This document shows positions 1 to 7,658 of a DNA stretch of 9,580 nt, one piece after another. Origin of the DNA: Octopus sinensis (taxonomy: Eukaryota); the NCBI RefSeq assembly GCF_006345805.1, contig NW_021827873.1:1-9580 (forward strand). The letters are read 5' to 3'. Below the pieces are notes generated by a model that saw only the letters and a program-made list of their open reading frames with translations, did no database searches and was not told where the DNA came from. The position numbers and the translations under genes were made by a program. Numbering within the stretch: position 1 is the first letter of the stretch; each line of letters begins with the position of its first letter.

Positions 1-8
1 TGTAGTGG

Positions 9-180
9 GTGCTTTTACGTGCCACCGCACAAGGGCCAGTCAGGCGGGGTACTGGCAATGGCCACGCTGAAATGTGCTTTTTTATGCGCCACCTGCACAG
101 GAGCCAGTCCAGCGGCACTGGCAACGACCTCGCTCGAATGCTTTTTCACGTGCCACCAGCACAAGTGCTAGTAAGGTGAC
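9..180. repeat. Diverged tandem repeat, ~65-bp unit (about 2.6 copies), with an internal GCCAGT...ACTGGC hairpin; probably part of an interspersed repeat cut by the window edge
   Basis: Units start near 9, 74 and 138 (tgcttttt..acgtgccacc..gcacaag/g..gccagt..actggcaa). Inverted GCCAGT/ACTGGC at 35-40/51-56 and 103-108/117-122. Confidence 0.75.
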
Positions 181-268
181 ATATATATATGTGTGGTGGG
201 AGAGAGAGAGAGAGTATGTGTGTGTGTGTGTGTAGATATATATATATATATATGTAAATGTATGTATG

Positions 269-325
<57 letters not shown>
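181..325. repeat. Compound microsatellite (TA)n/(GA)n/(TG)n/(TATG)n
   Basis: Directly visible. Confidence 0.95.
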
Positions 326-1014
326 TAGCTGTGCTCTCCGTGCAGTCAAAAATGACGGCTAATTGTAGTATTTTATATATAAATAAGGAACAAAACCAAG
401 ATTTTGGTTTAATAATTCTTTTATTACTATTTTTTTTGTAACTAACATCCTTTGGCTGCTTGTTTCCTTCAAAAGAATTTTCAATTTTCCTTTCCTACTT
501 GTCCGATTTAAGGCTACACAAAGCTAGCCGTGATTGAATACGGGAGCTGCCAAGTAAATACCAATTACACAGAGGTGAAACGTTGCTTGATTTTTTTTTC
601 AGCGTTGAATGTTCAACATTCCACTTCCATTGCATACACACACAGACATTCACATACCGCCCTTTTACATACACACACAGAGTTGAAACGCTGTTTGATT
701 TATCTTTTACACTGTACAGTTTCCATCATCCCACTACGACGTTTGCCATCACTCCTTTCTTCTTTATTCATCTATCACCCCTTCCTTTCTCATTCATATG
801 TTGTGGCGGAGAAAAAGACAAGAGTATTATTATAGTAGATTATCTCGGTAACCATGGGAGCTATGAAAAACTAAAAAGCCCAGCAACTCCACCGGATCAT
901 TCTACACACCGCATAATTTTTCGCGCAATTCCACCCAGCTGTTTGACCATGAATCCCAAGACGAGAAAATATAAAAGAAAGAATCGTATGTCAAATTATA
1001 TGTAAAGATATATA

Positions 1015-1079
1015 TATAGCCTCGGGCCGAACGTCGTGTGAATGGACTTGGAAGACGGAAACTGAAAGAAGCCCGTCGT

Positions 1080-1113
<34 letters not shown>

Positions 1114-1360
1114 GTGTGTGTGTATGTATGTATGTATGATATGAGTGTGTGTATGTTCGTGTGTCAGTGTTTGTCCCCCTACCATTGCTTGACAGCCGAT
1201 GCTGGTGTGTTTACCTCCCTGTAAATTATCGGTTCGGTAAAAGTCACCGATGGAATAAGTACTAGGGTTACGAAGGATAAATTCTGCTGGCGATTTGCTC
1301 GACTAAAGGCGGTGCTTCAGCATGGCCGCAGTCAAATAACAGAAACAAATAAAAGAATAA
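1015..1360 (+). mobile_element. 5'-truncated SINE (family A) with internal (TA)n/(TG)n microsatellite and A-rich tail
   Basis: 1015-1079 is similar to 7296-7364. 1160-1360 is the reverse complement of 7469-7658 and partly of 4298-4425. Ends in aaacaaataaaagaataa. Family assignment is from recollection of an abundant octopus SINE. Confidence 0.75.
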
Positions 1361-1363
1361 GGA

Positions 1364-1609
1364 ATATATATATAGATATATGCATGTATGTATGTATGTA
1401 TACATGTATATATATTTATGTGTTAATGCGTGAGTGAGTGTGTAAGTATGTGTGTATATATATGTATATAAATACATATATATATATACATATACATATA
1501 TATATATTATATATATATATATATATATAATATATATATATACATATATATTATATATATTATTCATATAATTATTTGATTGAACGCCACGTATCCATTT
1601 CAAGCAAGT

Positions 1610-1641
<32 letters not shown>

Positions 1642-1664
1642 ATATATATATATATATATATATA
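1364..1664. repeat. Compound microsatellite (TA)n/(TATG)n/(TATC)n
   Basis: Directly visible, with a short unique interruption at ~1575-1610. Confidence 0.9.
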
Positions 1665-1825
1665 CCAATTAAGGACTGAACACGAAAAGGTGGACAGTCA
1701 ACATGCTAGATATAGACGTCAAATCGCCATTCTCCACAAGGATTATGTTCTCAAATAAAAATAAAATTCAGCACGACCTAAAGCAATGGATGAGACAAAA
1801 GAAAAATACTAAGTGGAATAATTAC

Positions 1826-1885
1826 CTACGTACTGCAGTTTCAGCTATTAATATCACAAGGATATCTGTAGCTTCATCAGCGTAG
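1826..1885 (-). ncRNA. Minimal type I hammerhead ribozyme, copy 1; predicted cleavage after GUA between 1831 and 1830
   Basis: Minus strand: CUACG-CUGAUGA-AGCUA(cagauauccuugugauauuaa)UAGCU-GAAA-C-UGCA-GUA-CGUAG. Stem I CUACG/CGUAG, stem II AGCUA/UAGCU plus inner AUAUC/GAUAU hairpin, palindromic stem III ACUGCAGU, complete catalytic core. Confidence 0.9.
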
Positions 1886-2331
1886 TTTGTATGAGCATAA
1901 TATGCTGTACTAGGTGAAAAACGGTACCGGAGTCCCGCATGCAAAAAGTACAACCTATTACGTTCGGATGTATCTTTCGAATGCCTCTACTTTTGGCGCG
2001 CTGATAATCGAAAAACTAGCCTGCAGCAATAATTGGCAGCAGTCAATTTATCGGGTTTGAGAACATATATTTCATATTTAAAAATTAAGGGTAGAAATTG
2101 ATATTAGTCAATTAAAACCAGTGGTCTAGCACATTTAAAAAGAATCCGAAGATTAAAATATTTATATATACCAATTAAGGACTGAACACGAAAAGGTGGA
2201 CAGTCAACATGCTAGATATAGACGTCAAATCGCCATTCTCCACAAGGATTATGTTCTCAAATAAAAATAAAATTCAGCACGAACTAAAGCAATGGATGAG
2301 ACAAAAGAAAAATACTAAGTGGAATAATTAC

Positions 2332-2391
2332 CTACGTACTGCAGTTTCAGCTATTAATATCACAAGGATATCTGTAGCTTCATCAGCGTAG
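2332..2391 (-). ncRNA. Minimal type I hammerhead ribozyme, copy 2; predicted cleavage between 2337 and 2336
   Basis: Sequence identical to copy 1, offset exactly 506 bp. Confidence 0.9.
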
Positions 2392-2429
2392 TTTGTTATG
2401 AGCATAATATGCTGTACTAGGTGAAAAAC

Positions 2430-2431
<2 letters not shown>

Positions 2432-2471
<40 letters not shown>

Positions 2472-2476
2472 TATAC
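2432..2476. repeat. (TA)n microsatellite
   Basis: Directly visible. Confidence 0.95.
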
Positions 2477-2850
2477 AGGGAGAGAAGTGAAGGAAATAAA
2501 AATGGAGATGGAGTGCGAGCGAAAGAGAGAAATAGAGCGAGAGATATATACAGAGAGGGAGAGCCGGAATAAATAAAAGAACGAAGGGGTGTTTATGTGA
2601 AGCTGTAGGAAACAGAGGAGGAAAAATTAAAACGAAGAAAAGAAGCGAATAAACGAGAAGAACTGGCGTTGGTTTGTGATGACATAGAATCGGGGAAAGT
2701 GTCAGTATGAAGCGTAAAGATTGGAGAGATTGCAGAAAATGCATAGGTTGGAAGTTAGTAGCAGGTACAGTACGTAATGTCGGAGTGGGTATGAGTAAGA
2801 GGAGTGCGTAGAGTGGACTGAAATGTGATGGAATGGTGGATAAGTGTGGA

Positions 2851-3236
2851 ATGGAAGCACTCCGTCGGTTACGACGATGAGGGTTCCGGTTGATCCGAAT
2901 CAACGGAACAGCCTGCTCGTGAAATTAACGTGTAAGTGGTTGAGCACTCCACAGACACGTGCACCCTTAACGTAGTTCTCGGGGATATTCAGCGTGACAC
3001 AGAGAGTGACAAAGCCGGCCCCTTGAAATACAGGTACAAGAGAAACAGGAAGTAAGAGTGAGAGAAAGTTGTGGTGAAAGAGTACAGCAGGGATCACCAC
3101 CACCCCCTGCCGGAGCCTCGTGGAGCTTTTCAGGTGCTTTCGCTCAATAAACACTCACAACGCCCGGTCTGGGAATCGAAACCGCGATCCTATGACCGCG
3201 AGTCCGCTGCCCTAACCACTAGGCCATTACGCCTCC
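2851..3236 (-). mobile_element. Full-length tRNA-derived SINE (family B) with 13-bp TSD
   Basis: Minus-strand head GGAGGCGTAATGGCCTAGTGGTTAGGGCAGCGGACTCGCGGTC...GGTTTCGATTCCC has Pol III A box (TGGCCTAGTGG) and B box (GGTTTCGATTCC). Flanking direct repeat GGATAAGTGT(G/A)GA at 2838-2850 and 3237-3249. Confidence 0.85.
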
Positions 3237-3479
3237 GGATAAGTGTAGACAGCAAGGAAGATACGGGAGAAGGAGAGGAAGAAGGGAGGGGAAAAACGAA
3301 TACTTTTTTTTTTGTTTTGTCGTGAGTTTTATGGCTGGTAAAATAGATACGAAACATGGGGCGCCTAAATAACTCGAGAGATTAGGGATTTTCTTGCTTC
3401 GGCCACAGAAGTGTAGAGATGTTTCTGTAACAACTATATATATATATATATAATATGTGACCTTTCACATTTTATATAT

Positions 3480-3806
3480 ATGGAAAGGTCAATGCTTGGT
3501 ATCTCGTTGAGAGAGCACATAAATAGCAACATCATCAGAAAGGAGTCCGGCGTGAGAGATGTCATCGCAGAGTATACTCGCAGCAAGTATAGATGGGCTG
3601 GACACGTCGCCCGGCTCACCGATAATCGGTGGACGCACGCAGTTGTCGAGTGGTACCCGCGTGAGTGGAAAAGACCACTTGGAAGTCCTCCACGACGGTG
3701 GAGTGACGATTTCAAGAGGACGATTGGGATCACGTGGATGAGAAAGGCGCGATCCAGAGAGGAGTGGACAGCGTGCTGTGACCAGCGGTGTCAAATGGAC
3801 GCCTGA
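3480..3806 (+). pseudogene. C-terminal fragment (108 aa) of an RTE-clade non-LTR retrotransposon endonuclease/reverse transcriptase protein
   Basis: MERSMLGISLREHI..IRKESGVRDV..KYRWAGHVAR..DNRWT..V.EWYPR..KRP.G.PP.RWSDD matches the typical post-RT C-terminus of RTE elements. The RT catalytic domain is absent. Confidence 0.85.
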
Positions 3807-3835
3807 CGGACTGGTCGGTCAAAGTGATCAAAGTG
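3480..3835 (+). mobile_element. 5'-truncated RTE-clade LINE: 3' end of the ORF, short 3' UTR and repeat tail
   Basis: ORF 3480-3806 has RTE C-terminal motifs. Tail is (TCAAAGTGA)2 at 3819-3836. A 14-bp direct repeat ATATAATATGTGAC at 3448-3461 and 3836-3849 is consistent with a TSD. Confidence 0.88.
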
Positions 3836-3866
3836 ATATAATATGTGACAGTTATTCGGTAGCTTT

Positions 3867-3927
3867 GATAAAGCTCCGAGTTTCGAATGCTGAGGTGGAA
3901 ATCCACGCTGCGATCTCTTCAGTTATC
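3867..3927 (-). ncRNA. Degenerate minimal type I hammerhead motif (left arm of foldback), probably inactive
   Basis: Minus strand: GAUAA-CUGAAGA-[GA..GUGG(AUUU)CCAC..UC]-GAAA-C-UCGGA-GCU-UUAUC. Stem I is perfect and the core is present, but the cleavage triplet is GCU rather than GUH. Confidence 0.6.
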
Positions 3928-3949
3928 CGGCCATTTTTAACGTTGGCCG

Positions 3950-4009
3950 GATAACTGAAGAGATGGCGGCGTGGATTTCCACCTCGGCATCTGAAACTCG
4001 GATTTTTTC
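3950..4009 (+). ncRNA. Degenerate minimal type I hammerhead motif (right arm of foldback), probably inactive
   Basis: GAUAA-CUGAAGA-[GAUGG..GUGG(AUUU)CCAC..GCAUCU]-GAAA-C-UCGGA-UU-UUUUC. Lacks the G of the triplet and has a stem I mismatch. Confidence 0.5.
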
Positions 4010-4096
4010 ATGGCTACCGAATAATTGTCACATATTACATTTACAGATAAATTCCTCTATTTACATAATATCGAGGTATCTTTTTTCTTTTTATGA

Positions 4097-4216
4097 ATAT
4101 ATATATATATATATACATATACATACATACATACATACATAATACATACATGTATACATACATACATATGTGTATGTGTGCTTCTGCGTATACATATACA
4201 TACACACATGCACACA

Positions 4217-4295
<79 letters not shown>

Positions 4296-4296
4296 T
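4097..4296. repeat. Compound microsatellite (TA)n/(TACA)n/(CA)n
   Basis: Directly visible. Confidence 0.95.
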
Positions 4297-4297
4297 G

Positions 4298-4425
4298 TTC
4301 TTTTATTCTTTTATTTGCTTCAGGCATTCTATCGCGCTCTCATGCCGAACCGCTAAGTTACGAGGACATAAACACATCAACATCGGTTGTCAAGACAGGG
4401 TGGGGGGAATAAACACAGACACACA
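4298..4425 (-). mobile_element. SINE family A 3' fragment with internal deletion
   Basis: Aligns by eye to 7469-7658 but lacks ~82 bp (equivalent to 7491-7572), joined at an ATT microhomology. Confidence 0.7.
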
Positions 4426-4543
4426 AAAATATGCATATGCATTTCGTATAAGCTCGAACAACTGGGAATTTTATGATGTACTGTCTACTTTTAGAAATAC
4501 ACAGTAGGGCAGATGTGTTTGGCCAGATCTGCCAGTCTATCAA

Positions 4544-4577
4544 TGTATGTATGTATGTATGTATGTATGTATGTATG

Positions 4578-4616
<39 letters not shown>

Positions 4617-4649
4617 TTATCTGTATAAACACACAAACACACACACCGA

Positions 4650-4687
<38 letters not shown>

Positions 4688-4725
4688 ATATATATATGCA
4701 TGTATATCCATGCATGTATATCCAT
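4544..4725. repeat. Compound microsatellite (TATG)n/(TATC)n/(TA)n
   Basis: Directly visible. Confidence 0.93.
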
Positions 4726-4858
4726 GCAGGGAAGCGAACCGCCACCACATTCTAGTAACGGGATCAGCAGTCCAACCTGGTTTCACACATATATATATAT
4801 ATATATAGGCACGAAACGTAAGAGACTTTTCCACTTTTCCCGAGCTTGAAACTAATAC

Positions 4859-5258
4859 TCATTTCTTTATTGCCCACATGGGGCTAAACAAGAACAGACA
4901 ATGGAATTAAGTCGATTACATCGACCCCAGTGCATAACTTGTACTTAATTTATCAACCCCGAAAGGATTAAAAGCAAAGTCGACCTCGGCGGAATTTGAA
5001 CTCAGAACGTAGCAGCAGACGAAATACCTATTTCTTTACTACCCACAAAGGGCTAAACACAGAGAGGACAAACAAGGACAGACAAACGGATTAAGTCGAT
5101 TACATCGACCCCGGTGCGTAAGTGGTACTTAATTTATCGACCCCGAAAGGATGAGAGGCAAAGTCGACCTGGCGGAATTTGAACTCAGAACGTAGCGGCA
5201 GACGAAATACCGCAAAGCATTTCGCCCGGCGTGCTAACGTTTCTGCCAGCTCGCCGCC
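4859..5258 (-). mobile_element. tRNA-derived SINE (family C) with internally duplicated body and 17-19-bp TSD
   Basis: Minus head GGCGGCGAGCTGGCAGAAACGTTAGCACG (A box-like). B box GTTCAAATTCC occurs at 5174-5184 and again at 4991-5001. Body ~5028-5210 is repeated at ~4859-5027. Direct repeat CCGAGCTTGAAACTAATAC at 4840-4858 and 5257-5275. Confidence 0.87.
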
Positions 5259-5329
5259 GAGCTTGAAACTAATACACTTGCTTTTTGTTCCTACACCTGT
5301 CTTCGTCTTTGTTTTCCTATAAATTTGAG

Positions 5330-5882
5330 CTATATATGCATACATATATAGATACATACACACATACATACATACATACATACAACATACATACATACAT
5401 ACATACATACATACATACATACATGTATATATATAAATCTGTGCGTGTTTATGTGTGCATGTATGTACTTATACATATATATATATTTACATATATATAC
5501 ATACATACATACATACATACATACATACATACATACATGTATATATATAAATCTCTGCGTGTTTATGTGTGCATGTATGTACTTATACATATATATATAT
5601 ACATACATACATACATACATACATACATACATACATACATACATACATACATACATACATACATACATGTATATATATAAATCTGTGCGTGTTTATGTGT
5701 GCATGTATGTACTTATACATATATATATATTTACATATATATACATACATACATACATACATACATACATGTATATATATAAATCTGTGCGTGTTTATGT
5801 GTGCATGTATGTACTTATACATATATATATATATATATACATATATATACATACATACATACATACATACATACATACATGC
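5330..5882. repeat. Minisatellite of 4 units (102-130 bp), each a fixed ~40-bp core plus variable (TA)n/(TACA)n
   Basis: Core aaatct(g/c)tgcgtgtttatgtgtgcatgtatgtacttatac starts at 5435, 5549, 5679 and 5781. Confidence 0.9.
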
Positions 5883-6097
5883 AACACAAACACGCTTACA
5901 TGTCTAAATATGCATACACACATACACTTATGTATCTCACCTCGGCCGTCATGCTAGTAATGTGTAGGGACAGACGAGTTTTAACTCTGATCAAATGAAT
6001 GGACCAAGTTTTATTCATAATTTATTTATTGCACACTTTCCCTCCTTTTCCTTCTCATCCTCTCTATGTATTATACATGTGTTGGTGTCTGTGAATT

Positions 6098-6155
6098 TGC
6101 GTTTATATACATACAGAAACAAGCAAACATATGTACACACACGCACATATATATG

Positions 6156-6239
<84 letters not shown>

Positions 6240-6353
6240 CATATATATATATATATATTGTACATACGCACACTCACAACACACATACATTATATATATA
6301 TACATGCGTTTATACATACAGAAACAAGCAAACATATGTACACACACGCAATA

Positions 6354-6393
<40 letters not shown>

Positions 6394-6428
6394 CGCACAC
6401 TCACACACACACATACATATATATATAC
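6098..6428. repeat. Two-copy tandem duplication containing variable (TA)n
   Basis: tgcgtttata..catacagaaacaagcaaacatatgtacacacacgca at ~6098 and ~6305; catacgcacactcaca at ~6263 and ~6390. Confidence 0.85.
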
Positions 6429-6894
6429 ATGGGTATTTCCATAGATTTCTCTGTTTGTGGAGCTTTTACATGAATAAATTTATTAGTAGTAGCATCAATA
6501 AATGATGAAGAACAGATAATGAGATAGCGACTGTATGATACCGTATATATTTATCCGTATGTAAGCGCGTGTTTGGTATAATTTTGTCGTAGCCGTGCTT
6601 AGTCCGAGCACAACCATACCTGAATACGTTCCGTCTATGACCTTCCATATATAAGTCTAGAAACAATGTATGAGGGTCATCTTTATTCAGAGTGTTTTAA
6701 AGAATATGGTTTACGAGTTTTAAAACATTCGGCTGCTATTTTTCGCAGTTTGGGTCACAATGTATATCCTGTTTATGTGCGTTATGTCTTCAGGAAAAAT
6801 TTCTTCTTTTCATTGTAATTATCATCACCGACGTAACATTTATCGGCATAATTAAAAAAATGTTAACATCAAATTTAAACGTTATAAAAGACCA

Positions 6895-6968
6895 AGAGAG
6901 CGAGAGAGAGAGAGAGGGGGGAAGGAGAGTGAGAGAGGGAAGCAGATAAGGAGTGGGAGAGAGAGAGA
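6895..6968. repeat. (GA)n-rich purine tract
   Basis: Directly visible. Confidence 0.8.
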
Positions 6969-7144
6969 CTCACAGTAATAGTGATGGTGAGAAAGAGGGA
7001 GGTCGAAAAGAACATTAGGACAGAGGAAAGTATTTTAGATGACAAGAAAAAGAGAATGAAAGAAACAGATAAAGCAAAAAAAAAAAAAAAGCCAAAACAA
7101 AAACAAAAACAGACACTACGCCTTAAAATTCGGGAGTATGTGTT

Positions 7145-7182
7145 TATATATATTATATATATATATATATATTATATATATA

Positions 7183-7224
<42 letters not shown>
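7145..7224. repeat. (TA)n microsatellite
   Basis: Directly visible. Confidence 0.95.
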
Positions 7225-7227
<3 letters not shown>

Positions 7228-7362
7228 GGCGCAGGCGTACTGTGTGGTTAGAAATTTACTTTCCAACCACAGGTTCTGGGTAAAGAGTCTTCTACCATAG
7301 CCTCGACCACCCAAAGCCTTTTGATTGGATTTGGTGGGCGAAACTGGAAGAAGCAGAAGCTC

Positions 7363-7364
<2 letters not shown>
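7228..7364 (+). mobile_element. SINE family A 5' portion (decayed tRNA-like head, no clear B box) ending at (TA)n
   Basis: Starts ggcgcaggcgtactgtgtggttag (A box-like). 7296-7364 resembles 1015-1079 and is followed by (TA)n as in the 1015 copy. Confidence 0.65.
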
Positions 7365-7412
<48 letters not shown>

Positions 7413-7460
7413 TCGCGCACACGTATGCACACACACACACGCACACACATATATATATAT
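7365..7460. repeat. (TA)n/(CA)n microsatellite
   Basis: Directly visible. Confidence 0.95.
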
Positions 7461-7468
7461 TGTTTAAG

Positions 7469-7658
7469 TCTTTTATTTGTTTCAGTCATTTGACTGCGGC
7501 CATGCTGGAGCACCGCCTTTAGTCGAGCAAATCGACCCCAGGGCTTTATTCTTTGTAAGCCTAGTACTTATTCTACCGGACTCTTAGGCCGAACCGCTAA
7601 GTTACGGGGACGTAAACACACTGGCATCGGTTGTCAAGCGGATGTTTGGTAGGGGACA
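7469..7658 (-). mobile_element. SINE family A 3' portion, inverted relative to the adjacent head
   Basis: Reverse complement of ~1160-1360 (e.g. tttgactgcggccatgctg.agcaccgcctttagtcgagcaaatcg). Confidence 0.8.

Larger units (their letters stand above)
1665..2433 (-). mobile_element. Hammerhead-bearing tandem repeat (1.5 copies of a 506-bp unit): retrozyme or Penelope-like pseudo-LTR element embedded in (TA)n
   Basis: 1665-1926 is repeated at 2171-2433 with one substitution (1777 C vs 2283 A) and one extra T. Each copy contains an intact HHR on the minus strand. No long ORF. (TA)n on both flanks. Confidence 0.8.
3839..4037. repeat. ~200-bp imperfect foldback (arms ~3839-3933 and 3944-4037, 10-nt loop)
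   Basis: taatatgtgaca...atctcttcagttatccggcca / tggccggataactgaagagat...tgtcacatatta are reverse complements with scattered mismatches. Confidence 0.92.

Noticed and set aside
514-554. Possible micro-exon (pyrimidine tract-AG...GTAAAT, reading YTKLAVIEYGSCQ)
   Set aside because: Weak splice signals, no recognisable homology and no partner exons; not supportable without RNA data.
1703-2391. Duplicated 60-aa ORFs MLDIDVKSPF...
   Set aside because: Short, antisense to the ribozymes, no known motif; duplicated only because the repeat is.
2328-2903. 191-aa minus-strand ORF
   Set aside because: Spans a SINE tail, a pyrimidine-rich tract, (TA)n and the HHR; a compositional artefact.
3160-3236. 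tRNA gene
   Set aside because: Has A/B boxes but no convincing acceptor stem and continues into a SINE body bounded by a TSD.
5425-5882. CRISPR-like repeat-spacer array
   Set aside because: The spacers are simple (TACA)n repeats, the context is eukaryotic, and there are no cas genes.
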